From: an uncultured Pseudomonadota bacterium
GTDB taxonomy: Bacteria > SAR324 > JACQKK01
DNA length: 64,000 nucleotides
Direction of reading: 5' to 3'
Assembly (NCBI GenBank): GCA_964583525.1
Contig: CAZOXD010000001.1
Coordinates: forward strand, 47,572 to 111,571
Shown: piece by piece, positions 18,980-28,389 of the stretch
Layout: each line of letters opens with the position of its first letter
Numbering within the stretch: the first letter of the stretch is position 1
Notes under the pieces: model-generated
What the model was told of the DNA's origin: nothing
Databases searched by the model: none
Seen by the model: only the letters and a program-made list of their open reading frames with translations
Position numbers and translations under genes: made by a program

Positions 18980-19945
18980 TCAATACGCGGCCTGTGCGTT
19001 GCCCAGGATCACCTGCAGGCCCGTGGCCGAGTTGACCGAGTAGACCCCGGCCGCCGAGATCGAGACCTCCATTTCGCCCGGCCCGCCCGCCAGCGGCTTG
19101 AACTCTTTGTAGCGCAGCAGCGGCGCCTTGATGGTGCAGATCTCGTTGTAGCCGCTCTGCACCGCGGTGGAGCCCTCGAAGTGGAGGATCAATTCGCGCT
19201 CGGCCTGGGTGAGAAACTGCTGGTACTCGTCCTGATCGTCGAACTTGAGCGTCCCGTCGATGCTGATGGCCCGGGAGCCCGTGCGCTTGACCCGGCTGGG
19301 CACCTTGGAATTATTGAGGGTGTGCATCGCTTCGAGCTGTTCCTCGATCTTCACGGTGAACTGGGTGAACTGATCCACCGCCGCGCCGCCCAGTTGGGAA
19401 GATCCCTGATCCCACGTCCAGAGCTTGTTGGTGGGGTAGCTGGCCGCCGCCGCCACCACCTGGGAGTAGGCCCCGCCCACGATGCCCAGCTTGGCCTTGA
19501 GCAGCTCCCCCGCGCTGATGTTCAGCTCCAGCGAGGCCCCCACCAGATCCTGGTAGAGGAAGGCGCTGCCGGCGTCGTCCATGTATTTTTGCAGCGTGAA
19601 GGGGTTGCCCGCGGACAGCTTGTCGAAGTCGCTCGTCCTCGGCTCGAAGGTGTGGGTGTAGAGCGCGTCGGAGGTGACCGTGGCGGGCGGCCCCAGCACC
19701 GCTTTCAGCAAAACGCCCAGGGAAACCGGGTCGGCTTCCATCTCGATCTCCCCGGGGATGGAGGTGGGCCCCTCGTAATAGTCCCCCTCGTCGAAGATGC
19801 CCCGCATGCCCTGCGCCACCAGGGGCGGCTTCTCAATCCCCACGCCCTCGCTCAGGGCGGGCAGCCAGAAGTAGCTGTCCTGATTGAGCGTCCCGTAGCT
19901 GTTCTGGAAGCTCAGCCCCAGCCTGAAGTTCTGTCCGTAGCTCAT
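18980..19945 (-). CDS. Major tail (tube) protein
   Basis: 321-aa ORF immediately upstream of the chaperone and frameshift pair; no sheath gene present, so a siphovirus-type tail. Confidence 0.6.
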   Translation of the reverse strand: MSYGQNFRLGLSFQNSYGTLNQDSYFWLPALSEGVGIEKPPLVAQGMRGIFDEGDYYEGPTSIPGEIEMEADPVSLGVLLKAVLGPPATVTSDALYTHTFEPRTSDFDKLSAGNPFTLQKYMDDAGSAFLYQDLVGASLELNISAGELLKAKLGIVGGAYSQVVAAAASYPTNKLWTWDQGSSQLGGAAVDQFTQFTVKIEEQLEAMHTLNNSKVPSRVKRTGSRAISIDGTLKFDDQDEYQQFLTQAERELILHFEGSTAVQSGYNEICTIKAPLLRYKEFKPLAGGPGEMEVSISAAGVYSVNSATGLQVILGNAQAAY

Positions 19946-20151
19946 GTTGCCTCCTCGTTATCCGCCTGCGTTTTGGACTGCGCTTTGCCGGGCTTTTGCG
20001 CCAGGCGTTGCTCTATATAATTGTCGGCCAGTTCCACCGGCAGGGTTTTCTTTTCGCCGGGCCGGGCCATGCCATGGCCGGGAATGAACTTCTCCTCGCC
20101 CGTCCAGACGATTTCCCGCGTCATGCGGGGCGCTCCGATCTTTTCGCTCAT
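19942..20151 (-). CDS. Small hypothetical head-tail protein
   Basis: Internal start MSEKIGAPRMTREIVWTGEEKF... inside track ORF 19942..20466; 4-nt overlap with the neighbouring gene. Confidence 0.4.
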   Translation of the reverse strand: MSEKIGAPRMTREIVWTGEEKFIPGHGMARPGEKKTLPVELADNYIEQRLAQKPGKAQSKTQADNEEAT

Positions 20152-20600
20152 GCCGTCCTCTTCTCGCATTGAATGGAAATCATGGAGTACTGCACCCGCA
20201 GCGTCTCCGAATCGAACTCGTTGAAGCCGTCCTCCACGGTCAGCCCGGTCACCTGATCCACCGTGCCGCCCAGGGTGAAGTCGGTTTTGAGGGCGTTCAG
20301 CACGTCGGTCTCGTACTCGCAGAGCAGATCCTCGGCGTCCGCGCCGTCCTTGTAGCTGGCCGCCAGCACGATCACCCGGAAGACCAGCTCGCCCTTCAGG
20401 TTGCGCCCGCCGCTGGCGATGGTGGCCGGATCGTACTCGACGCCATCGCGGTAGACCCCGATCCACGGCGCGGCCTCGGGGTTCATCTCCGCGAAGTTGG
20501 CCCGCTCCACCTGGTAGGGCTTTCCGTCGTCCGTGGCCGGGGGAAGCTGATCCTCCAGCAGGGCCACGATGGCCTTGGTGATATCGGCCCGGTTGATCAT
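20148..20600 (-). CDS. Phage head-tail joining / tail completion hypothetical protein
   Basis: 150-aa ORF in the connector block; translational coupling overlaps on both sides. Confidence 0.45.
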   Translation of the reverse strand: MINRADITKAIVALLEDQLPPATDDGKPYQVERANFAEMNPEAAPWIGVYRDGVEYDPATIASGGRNLKGELVFRVIVLAASYKDGADAEDLLCEYETDVLNALKTDFTLGGTVDQVTGLTVEDGFNEFDSETLRVQYSMISIQCEKRTA

Positions 20601-21139
20601 ATGCGCTTCCCGATCGGTTTCATGGCGTGCAGCCCCTTGCGCAGGTTGCGCTCGAAAATTTTCCGGATATCGTTGCGCACCTCGCTGTGTTTGGGCAGCA
20701 GCCGCCGTTCGGGCAGATCGCCCAGCCCCTCATGGTGGGCCTCGGCGTAATCCAGGTCGGAGCCGATGCCCGCGTTATTGGCCGTGGCGAAGGGGACAAA
20801 GCTGAGGCGCAGCCGCCCGGTGTCCTGCAAAATCTTGAAGCGCGCGGCAGCCAGCGGCACGGCGCCGCCGAAGCCCCGCACGTTGCGGACGCCCCGGAAG
20901 TTCCCGCCGCGCAGGTTCTTGCGAATGCGCCCCAGCACCGTCGCCGGCGCCAGCGGCTCCCAGCCGCCCACGTTCCCGCCCTCGGAGCGGAAGTTCTTCT
21001 GCACCCACCTGTCCAGGAACACCGCCGCCTGCTTGTAGCTGGTGTTTACCCAACTGCGCTTGAGCCCCTTGAGCGCCTTGTCCGTGCGCGCTTTGAGCAC
21101 GGCGGCGGGGGGATCCATCTTCATTTCAATGCGGGGCAT
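20597..21139 (-). CDS. Phage virion morphogenesis (head-tail) family protein
   Basis: 180 aa, ...WEPLAPATVLGRIRKNLRGGNF...AARFKILQDTGRLRLSFVP..., resembles the virion morphogenesis/gpS-like family. Confidence 0.45.
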   Translation of the reverse strand: MPRIEMKMDPPAAVLKARTDKALKGLKRSWVNTSYKQAAVFLDRWVQKNFRSEGGNVGGWEPLAPATVLGRIRKNLRGGNFRGVRNVRGFGGAVPLAAARFKILQDTGRLRLSFVPFATANNAGIGSDLDYAEAHHEGLGDLPERRLLPKHSEVRNDIRKIFERNLRKGLHAMKPIGKRI

Positions 21140-21147
21140 GGCTGCTC

Positions 21148-21606
21148 CTAATCACGCGCGTTCTCCTCGTCGTTGACCATGTCCGAGTCCACCCGGAAGG
21201 CCAGGGTGTCGCCGTGGCCGAAGATGGGGTGGTAGTTCGCCGTGTTGGAGAAGGCCGCCCCGCCGCCTCCGGAGGCCGCCAGTTGGGTGCCGTCGTCGAG
21301 CACCATCACTTCGCGCCCGGCGATCAGGGCCTCGATGCGGGCCTCGATGGCGTCCTGTATCGCCTTGGCCTTTTTGCCGTCGTGGGGTCTCTGCCAGCGG
21401 GCGTAGACCAGATCGACGGTCAGATCCTTGGCGGTGAGGTTGGTGGGCGTAAAGGGCGCGGTGAAGTACGCGCCCAGCTTGGCGTCCAGCTCCAGCTCGG
21501 CCGGGGCGATCCAGGCGGAGTCCACCCGCGCCGCGTCGGAATCCACCCGGCTCAGGGACGGATAACGCGCCAGCACGTCCGCGCTCCAGCTTGCGTAGGT
21601 TCCCAT
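21148..21606 (-). CDS. Head-tail connector protein (Mu gp36/DUF1320-like candidate)
   Basis: 152-aa ORF first after the GT gene in the connector block. Confidence 0.4.
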   Translation of the reverse strand: MGTYASWSADVLARYPSLSRVDSDAARVDSAWIAPAELELDAKLGAYFTAPFTPTNLTAKDLTVDLVYARWQRPHDGKKAKAIQDAIEARIEALIAGREVMVLDDGTQLAASGGGGAAFSNTANYHPIFGHGDTLAFRVDSDMVNDEENARD

Positions 21607-21619
21607 GGCTCAATTTCCG

Positions 21620-21683
21620 CGCGGGCAAGCCCGCGTCCAGCCCTCCCCTCTCCCGTTTGCGGAGAGGGGTTGGGGGTGAGGTT
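21620..21683. repeat. Conserved structured intergenic element, copy B (gggcaagccc hairpin + cccctctccc-gtttgc-ggagagggg hairpin + gggggtgaggtt)
   Basis: Matches copy A at ~55 of 63 positions; sits between the GT gene stop and the connector gene start. Confidence 0.6.
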
Positions 21684-24600
21684 TCACCAATACTTTCCGC
21701 CCAGATCGGCGGTCTTGTTTTCAATGGCCTTGCGCGCCAGCAGTTGCAGGTCTTCCACGCTGGCGAAGTACCCCTCCACCGCCGAGACGTCCGCGGGCTT
21801 GCCGTTGAACTGCATGGCCGCGTCCACCCCGAAGGCCGCCTCGAAGCCCTCCCCCAGCACCCGCGCGTGGTTGGAGTAGAACTCCACGGCGTCCTTGGCC
21901 CAGCGCACAAAGCCGCCCTCGGCCAGTTCGCGCCACAGGGCGATGCCCTCCCGGGCCCGCTCCATGACGGCCTCGGTGATCACCATCCCGTTGCGCTGCA
22001 GCTCGTAGCGGTTCACGTGCTCCAACTCGCGGATCCACAGAAACTTGGCCAGGTTGCGCTCGGGATACTTCTCGCGGTCGCGGATGAAGAGCGGGTGATT
22101 GCGCTGAAAGCGCTTGAGGCGGGTGGACTCGTCGTCGTAGCCGTCGTGGGCCACGGTGATCTCCGGAGGCAGCGCCATCGCCCAGCCCTGGCCCTCGTTC
22201 AAGCCCGTCTCCGGGTGCTCGTGCACCATCCCGATGAAGCGCATGCCGATGTGGTTGCGGAATATCTTGGCCGGCAGGTCGATCTTGTCGATGCCCAGCG
22301 GCTCGAAGCCATAGTGCACCTGGCGCATGGCGTAGGCGTTGAATTGGTTGGGGCGCAGGTAGAGCGCCAGGGTTTCCGCCCCGTGCAGCACCTCGTCGTG
22401 ATCGAGCCAGAGAATCCACTGGCAGGACGCCCGCTCCACCGTGGCGTTGCGGGCCTCGTCGAAGCCCACCTCCAGCGGAGACTTGCCGGGGAAGATCCGC
22501 ACGGCGATATCCGGGTAGTCCTCCACAAAGGCGTGGATCACATCCTCCGTGCGATCGCTCGTCGTCTCGTCCAGGGCGATCACCAGCTCGTCGATGATGG
22601 GCGCCGCGCTATCCAGGCAGCGCCGCAGCCGCGCCTCGCCGTCTTTCACGATCATGGCCAGGGTCACGGTCTCGCGCGGGGCCTGCACGGAGAACTTGCG
22701 GGCCATGTCGATGGCGCGGCTGCCTTCCGTGGGCTTGGCGTAGTGGGTGACAAAGCTCCCCAGCGCCTCCCCCCGCGCGGTCTGGCCCGCCGAGGTCATC
22801 ACGATCCCGAAATCCGGGTGATGGCCGAACATCTCGAACAGGTCGGCGCGCTCCAGGTGGTGCAGGTGCGCCCGCCAGGGATGGTGCTGGCGGTACTTCT
22901 GCCCTTCCCAGGGCCCGAAGGGCGTGGTGATCACCATCCGCCCGCCTTCCTTCAGGGACTCGGCCAGCCTGTCGGCCAGGGCGCCCGGATCGTTGACGTG
23001 CTCCAGCACCTCGGCGGCGATGATCAGGTCGAAGGGATCGGCTAAATACCGCATGGGTACTTCATCGCCGAACAGGAACGCCACATTCTTCACATCGTCT
23101 TTTTCCCTCCAGGCCTTGGCCTTCTCGATGTTGGAGGCCACCAGGTCGATCCCGATGAACTCCAGCTTGGGGAAGCGCTTGGCCAGGTTGATGGTGTAAT
23201 GGCCGTGGGCGCAGCCGTAGTCCAGCACCCGCGCTCCCTCGGGCAACTGCCCCACGTGGCGGGCCACCGTCTCGTAGCGGGCGTTGCCGTCCAGTTCCTC
23301 CGGCCCGTACTCCATCCCGCGCTCCGCCTCGTAGCGGTAATAAGCCGCGTAGTGCCCGGCGAAGGTCTCCTCCCGCGCGAAGGCGTAGCACTCGTCCAGG
23401 TCGGCCTCGATCCTGGCGGCCACGGGATGTCCGCCCCAGTGCGGGCTATCCTTCAGGTCATTCGGCGTGGCTTTGATGGCGCGTTCCAACACCTTGATGT
23501 CTGAGAGCCGGTGCAGGTGCTTGCCCACGGCCACGGAGTTGGAGGTCTTAGCGGCGAGGATCTCCGCCACCGTTTCCTCGAAGACGTCCGCCGAGGTTTC
23601 CCAGGTGTGGGGGAAATGCCGGGGGACGCTCATCCCGGGCGAGGTCAGGGCAATCTGTTCCATGAACGCGTCGATGTCCGGCCCGCCGTTCTTCAAGGGA
23701 ATCAGCCCCGCGCCGTCGTACTCGTCCACCGTATCGGGCAGCGCCCCCACGTCCGAGGCGATGATAGGCAGCCCGGCCGCCATCGCTTCCATGGCGGAGA
23801 TGCAACTGGTTTCCTCGAAGTCCGATGGGTAGACCCAGGCGTCGGCGCAGCGCTGCACGCCGGCCAGTTCGGCCTTGGTGAGATAGCCCAGGGCGGTGCA
23901 GTTGGGCAGCGCCTCGATACGGCCCCACAACTCGCGGTAGAGAGGCGCCATCTCGGGCGTGGTGTTGTCGTAGCCGCAGACAAACAGGTGGTAGCGCGGG
24001 GCATCCGGACTCATGGACTCGCTGCACGCCAGGCGCTCCATGATGCCGTCCGGGGCCACCAGGTGTTCCAGGCCGCGCTCCGGACGCGAGACGTAGATCA
24101 GCTTGACCACGTCCCCGCCGCCGCCATGGTGCAGCTTGACCAGATCGCGCATCCGCTCGGCGATGTTATTGGTGCCGGACTCGATCTTGCCCTCGTAGAG
24201 CGCCGGGTCGATCCCGTTGGGGAGCGGCTTGACGATTTCCGGGCGCACGCCCCAGGCCTCGGCCACCTGCAGGCCGTGCCAGGCCGACACCGGGAGCAGC
24301 GCGTCCACGTTCCAGAGCGATTGCGCGGCCAGGGAGCGCAGGCGTTTCCGCGCCAGGTCGTGCAGCCAGAGCAGGTTGCACTTGGAATTCCAGGCGAAGG
24401 CGAACCCCAGCGGGTTGCGCTGGATGACGATCGCGTCGTTTTGCAGGTAGCGGGCCCGGTAGTGAAAGGCCTCGCCCAGCGGCTTCTCGGGGCTGACCGC
24501 GCCGTGATACACGTAGGTCACGCCATCCCAGCGGCCTTGATCGCGGCTGCTGGTGAACACGGTCACGTTGTGATCCCGCGCCACCAGTTCCCGCGCCAGG

Positions 24601-24692
24601 TAGTAGGCCGCCGACTCCGATCCGCCCAGCGACTGCTGGGCAATCGTCTCTCCGTTGAAGGGCATCCCGCCCGCATGAATCGTGATGAACAT
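21684..24692 (-). CDS. Three-domain glycosyltransferase-methyltransferase: GT4 (group 1) glycosyltransferase + class I SAM-dependent methyltransferase + GT2 glycosyltransferase, ~1003 aa, embedded in the phage structural module
   Basis: GT4 N-terminus (MFITIHAGG...GGSESAAYYLARELVARDHNVTVF); MT motif (VLDYGCAHGHYTINLA...FDLIIAAEVLEHV); GT2 (LAMIVKDGEARLRRCLDSAAPIIDELVIALDETTSD...WILWLDHDE). Start chosen at the internal Met of track ORF 21684..24767. Confidence 0.75.
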   Translation of the reverse strand: MFITIHAGGMPFNGETIAQQSLGGSESAAYYLARELVARDHNVTVFTSSRDQGRWDGVTYVYHGAVSPEKPLGEAFHYRARYLQNDAIVIQRNPLGFAFAWNSKCNLLWLHDLARKRLRSLAAQSLWNVDALLPVSAWHGLQVAEAWGVRPEIVKPLPNGIDPALYEGKIESGTNNIAERMRDLVKLHHGGGGDVVKLIYVSRPERGLEHLVAPDGIMERLACSESMSPDAPRYHLFVCGYDNTTPEMAPLYRELWGRIEALPNCTALGYLTKAELAGVQRCADAWVYPSDFEETSCISAMEAMAAGLPIIASDVGALPDTVDEYDGAGLIPLKNGGPDIDAFMEQIALTSPGMSVPRHFPHTWETSADVFEETVAEILAAKTSNSVAVGKHLHRLSDIKVLERAIKATPNDLKDSPHWGGHPVAARIEADLDECYAFAREETFAGHYAAYYRYEAERGMEYGPEELDGNARYETVARHVGQLPEGARVLDYGCAHGHYTINLAKRFPKLEFIGIDLVASNIEKAKAWREKDDVKNVAFLFGDEVPMRYLADPFDLIIAAEVLEHVNDPGALADRLAESLKEGGRMVITTPFGPWEGQKYRQHHPWRAHLHHLERADLFEMFGHHPDFGIVMTSAGQTARGEALGSFVTHYAKPTEGSRAIDMARKFSVQAPRETVTLAMIVKDGEARLRRCLDSAAPIIDELVIALDETTSDRTEDVIHAFVEDYPDIAVRIFPGKSPLEVGFDEARNATVERASCQWILWLDHDEVLHGAETLALYLRPNQFNAYAMRQVHYGFEPLGIDKIDLPAKIFRNHIGMRFIGMVHEHPETGLNEGQGWAMALPPEITVAHDGYDDESTRLKRFQRNHPLFIRDREKYPERNLAKFLWIRELEHVNRYELQRNGMVITEAVMERAREGIALWRELAEGGFVRWAKDAVEFYSNHARVLGEGFEAAFGVDAAMQFNGKPADVSAVEGYFASVEDLQLLARKAIENKTADLGGKYW

Positions 24693-24806
24693 CTTCCCTG
24701 ATGCTCCCGGTTTGGGCCGCCTCCCCATTGACAGGATAGGCGACGAATTAGATAATTTTCTTAGCATTCAAGCCAAGGATGGCTCCCTCATTGGAAAGGA
24801 TTCCTC

Positions 24807-25025
24807 ATGCTGAAAATGCCCTCGAAATCCATTGCTGTTGGTGTCACGTTTACGGTTGCCGGCTTCTCGCTCGGCACCCTCGCCTCCTTGAACGGCCGTG
24901 AAGATTGCGATCCCATCCACAACCTCTGCGATGCTAAATCCCGTATGGATTATTCGATCCATAGGGATCGGGCCGCGGAGTTTTGGGATACTTCGGCGTT
25001 CGCAGTTTTCACCCCCTTTAAATAG
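24807..25025 (+). CDS. Putative moron: small membrane protein on the opposite strand in a lower-GC islet
   Basis: 72 aa with a hydrophobic segment IAVGVTFTVAGFSLGTLASL; opposite orientation to the late operon. Confidence 0.3.
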   Translation: MLKMPSKSIAVGVTFTVAGFSLGTLASLNGREDCDPIHNLCDAKSRMDYSIHRDRAAEFWDTSAFAVFTPFK

Positions 25026-25034
25026 CCTCGGCTC

Positions 25035-25511
25035 TCAAGCCTGCGCCTTGGGGGAGATTTCCTCCCAGACGGCGTCGCGTTCCTCCGCCGTCACGGGCGG
25101 CGAGAGCGAGGTGAGCGCGTTGATGCGGGCCACGTCGGGCTTGCCGTCCTTGCCGAAGCCCTCCCCGCCCGCCAGCATCTGCGCGATGGAGATGGCGATG
25201 GAGCCGAGGCGCTGGGCGGCGTCGCGATCGGTGACAGCATCGTCTCGAACCAATGAGATTTTCTCCAAACGCTTATTCAAGCCGTCCATTCCTTTCACGG
25301 CCTCCTTGCGTTCGGCGCGCAACCTGGTCAGCTCGTACTTCTCCTTCCCGGAAAGGGGCGCGCCTTTCGCCGCGTTGAGGTTACGCGCCTGCTCGGCGGT
25401 AAGTTTGGCGGGCAGCAGCCGCTCGCCGGTGAAGCCGAAATCGGCCGGGTTTTCCTTCAGCGCCCTCAAGGCCGCTTTCCGGTTCGGATCCTTCCAGTGC
25501 GGTGTCAACAT
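25035..25511 (-). CDS. Hypothetical phage head protein
   Basis: 158-aa ORF between the major capsid and GT genes. Confidence 0.45.
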   Translation of the reverse strand: MLTPHWKDPNRKAALRALKENPADFGFTGERLLPAKLTAEQARNLNAAKGAPLSGKEKYELTRLRAERKEAVKGMDGLNKRLEKISLVRDDAVTDRDAAQRLGSIAISIAQMLAGGEGFGKDGKPDVARINALTSLSPPVTAEERDAVWEEISPKAQA

Positions 25512-25575
25512 TTCACTTGCTCCGGTGATGGAAGCGGGCTCCGGTAATATGAGCGGGCCCGCTCCCGGGTTAGGG

Positions 25576-26538
25576 TCAAGAGCTCGACGTGGTGTTGGTG
25601 ACCAGGGCGATCAGAGGCTGGGAGACGATCTTCTCGTCCTGGTAATAGCCCACCTCCACCTCGTCGCAGTGGCGGCGAGTATCGTAGGGGTGGCGCTCCA
25701 CCTGCCGGTTGGGAAGCCCGGGGGCGGCCCAGCGGAAGCGGTAGCCCGCGCTCGGGGTCTGCGTGGAAGGCGCGTCCGGCGCGTAATACAACGCCACGTG
25801 ATCGGCCCAGATGCGATCCAGGCTCATGGCGATCGCTTCTTCGGCCGTGTTCTTGTAGGCCCCGCCCACGATGATCTCCATTTCCAGCACCGCCTCGGCC
25901 TGCTGCACACTGGGGTAGATTCCACCCCCCGTCACGTTGGGGTTGGTGGACTTGTCGATCACGGATGCGTTGCGGCGGAAGTTCCGCCAGGCTAGGCCGG
26001 AGAAGACCGCCTTGTTGGGGCGGTAGCCCGTGGCGTCCTCCACCTGATCGATCTTGGTGAGCAGGTCGTTGATGGGATCGGAGTTGCTGAAGTCCGACCA
26101 GGCCGACCCCACCGCCGCATAGGTGCCCACATTGGCGAGGGTCAACATCAGGGCGGCCACGCGGATTTCCTCGTCCAGCGCCAGACCGTCCATCACCCGG
26201 TTGACCCGCCCTTCCTCGAACTGCTGGATGAAGATGGGATCCATGTTGGCCCGGTCTTCGATGGTCACATCGGCCTTCAGCGCGTAGTTATCGCAGTGGA
26301 AGCCGTCCGAGGAGACGCGCGAATGGATCTTGTTGGCCTCGCCGCCACGGGAGCGGCGGGTGTTTTCCTGGCGGAACAAGTCCGCCTGCTCGAAGATCAC
26401 GTACTTGTCGGTCTGCTTGGGCACCGTCACCAGCGGGAAAACCCGGTCGGCGATAAAGCCCATGGGCCGATAGTTGATCGCGATTTGCGAGAGGTGCTGG
26501 TCGATGTGCAGCTCCCGTCCAGTTCCGTATGCTGACAT
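25576..26538 (-). CDS. Major capsid protein (DUF2184/E-like family candidate)
   Basis: 320 aa following protease/scaffold and DUF2190 genes; paralogous to 51653..52660 (shared motifs NYRP.GFIADR.FP, FIQQFEEGR, W.RNFRRN..VIDK.TNP.V.GGG.YPS, PYDTRRH). Confidence 0.65.
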   Translation of the reverse strand: MSAYGTGRELHIDQHLSQIAINYRPMGFIADRVFPLVTVPKQTDKYVIFEQADLFRQENTRRSRGGEANKIHSRVSSDGFHCDNYALKADVTIEDRANMDPIFIQQFEEGRVNRVMDGLALDEEIRVAALMLTLANVGTYAAVGSAWSDFSNSDPINDLLTKIDQVEDATGYRPNKAVFSGLAWRNFRRNASVIDKSTNPNVTGGGIYPSVQQAEAVLEMEIIVGGAYKNTAEEAIAMSLDRIWADHVALYYAPDAPSTQTPSAGYRFRWAAPGLPNRQVERHPYDTRRHCDEVEVGYYQDEKIVSQPLIALVTNTTSSS

Positions 26539-26939
26539 TATGCCACCTCCCCTGAGTCGCCCATATAGGCTACGGTTGCGAAATTGAAGGCCCCGGTGCC
26601 CACGGCGCCGGAACCCACGGCGGTATCCAGGCAGCGTCCCACCACGTAGGAGCCGCTGTTGGCCTCGATCATGTAGCCCGAGGTGGTCACCGTGAGGCGC
26701 TTGCCCTTGGCGACGGCCGCGCCGGCCGTGAACTTCATGATACCGGCGTAGCCGAGGGTGATGTGCTCGCCGTTCTTGCCGCCGTAGAGCAGCAGGCCTC
26801 CGGCCTCGCGGCCGTTGGCGGCGGGCTTCCCGTCATCCAGGGCGATGGCCTTGAAGATGTCGCCGCTGCCCGGGGTCAGGTCGTTCACGTCCTCCCCGGC
26901 CGCCATCGTGTGGGTGAAAAATCTTCCTTCGACGCTCAT
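26538..26939 (-). CDS. DUF2190-like phage head protein (decoration/accessory)
   Basis: 133 aa, Gly/Ala-rich, located between protease/scaffold and capsid, as is typical for DUF2190. Confidence 0.45.
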   Translation of the reverse strand: MSVEGRFFTHTMAAGEDVNDLTPGSGDIFKAIALDDGKPAANGREAGGLLLYGGKNGEHITLGYAGIMKFTAGAAVAKGKRLTVTTSGYMIEANSGSYVVGRCLDTAVGSGAVGTGAFNFATVAYMGDSGEVA

Positions 26940-26941
26940 GA

Positions 26942-28270
26942 TCAGGCCCTCCCGTCAGAGATGTTGGCGGTGTAGCCCCGGTATTCCCGGGCCAGTTGCG
27001 GGTTGGCCCGCATCACCAGTTGCGATGCCTTGGAGTAGGAAATGTCCTTCTCCGCCATCAGGGCGTTGGCCTTCTCGGCCAGCTCGTCCGAGGCGTCGCG
27101 GGTGGCGTCGTAATCCTGGCCTCCCCGATCCTCGCTGAGACCCTGCTCGCCTCCGGGCTTGCGCTTGCCCCCGGCGTTGGCGAAGGTCTTCACCTCCTCA
27201 ACGTCGATGGTCTCCACCCGGGCGTCGTCGGCCAGGCCGATCGCCTTGGAGAACGCCTCGCGCTGCGCAGGGATAATGCTCCCGGCCTTGACGCCTTCCT
27301 CCAGGGCGGCCTCGACCTCGGCCCGTTTGGCCACGATGGCCTGTTTCTTTTCGGCTTCCACGCGCTCGCTTTCCTTGCGCGCGAACTCCGTGGTTTTGGC
27401 CTGTTCCTCCTCCAGCTTGCGCTGGGATTCGGCCAGTTGCGCCTTCAGAGCTTCTTCGCTCATCTCGATATCTCCTTCGTTGTTGTTGGTTTTCGCGGAA
27501 AATTCCTCGTTGTAATCGAGGGCCTCGATCTCCCAATTGGGCAAGACCTCGTCGGCCTTTTCCATGCCCTGCTCCGCGATGATCCATTCCCGGATCCCGC
27601 GCAGCACGCGCATCAGCGCATCGGTCTGCCCGTTGGAGAGCGCGAGGCGGATCTGCTCGGCTGGCTTCTTCCCGGTGATGCCCGCCGCGTGGGCGAGTTT
27701 CCCGAGAGGAAGCTCTTTTATCGCAAACAGCCGATCGAGCAGTTTTCCCGCGTCTGCTTCCGGTTTGTTGGTTTTCACATCGCCCTCCAGGGGCTTGTGG
27801 TTGATCGCGGTGAAGACCATCCTCCGACCCCCGGCAGGCCCGGTTTGCGAAAGATATTCGGTCAGATCCGCGAGGTTGTTGACCGCGGGCAATGTGGCCC
27901 CCAATAGGGCCACGCCCGACAGCACGTACTTGTAATCCTGTCCCTTATGCCGCGCGTCCATATCCAACTCCACTGACACGGTGCGGTAGGCGCGGCTGGC
28001 GATGGCGTCCCCCACCACGTCGGGGAGATCGATAAAGTGGGCCAGCAGCTTCTCGCCTTCCACCCACACCTTGTCGACCCACCCCAGGGCCGGCATGCCG
28101 TCCGTGAGCGGTTGATCCTCATCGTGGCCCAGCTTCAAGGGCACCTTTCGGACTTCCTTCAGCGCCTCGAAGTTGGCCGCGATGGCCTCCAGGTCTTCCA
28201 CGGTGAACGGGTAGCCGTTCCAGGTGCCCACCGCGAAGATCTCCGCGTCCTGCTCATGCGTGAATTTCAT
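26942..28270 (-). CDS. Mu I-like prohead protease fused to scaffold (coiled-coil C-terminal half)
   Basis: N-terminal MKFTHEQDAEIFAVGTWNGYPFTVEDLEAIAANFEALK resembles Mu-like prophage I protein; C-terminal EEALKAQLAESQRKLEEEQAK coiled coil. Confidence 0.65.
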   Translation of the reverse strand: MKFTHEQDAEIFAVGTWNGYPFTVEDLEAIAANFEALKEVRKVPLKLGHDEDQPLTDGMPALGWVDKVWVEGEKLLAHFIDLPDVVGDAIASRAYRTVSVELDMDARHKGQDYKYVLSGVALLGATLPAVNNLADLTEYLSQTGPAGGRRMVFTAINHKPLEGDVKTNKPEADAGKLLDRLFAIKELPLGKLAHAAGITGKKPAEQIRLALSNGQTDALMRVLRGIREWIIAEQGMEKADEVLPNWEIEALDYNEEFSAKTNNNEGDIEMSEEALKAQLAESQRKLEEEQAKTTEFARKESERVEAEKKQAIVAKRAEVEAALEEGVKAGSIIPAQREAFSKAIGLADDARVETIDVEEVKTFANAGGKRKPGGEQGLSEDRGGQDYDATRDASDELAEKANALMAEKDISYSKASQLVMRANPQLAREYRGYTANISDGRA

Positions 28271-28382
28271 TTTCCGTTCTCCGTTCTCTCCAGTTTGCTT
28301 CCACCCGGTGCAGCCATAGCGCCGCGATGCCCAGCGCCACCAGGGCCGCTCCCGTCATCGCGATGCGCAGGGCCAGATACAT
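28254..28382 (-). CDS. Possible small membrane protein in the portal/scaffold gap
   Basis: MYLALRIAMTGAALVALGIAALWLHRV...; fills the 119-nt gap; low confidence. Confidence 0.25.
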   Translation of the reverse strand: MYLALRIAMTGAALVALGIAALWLHRVEANWRERRTENEIHA

Positions 28383-28389
28383 ATCGGGC

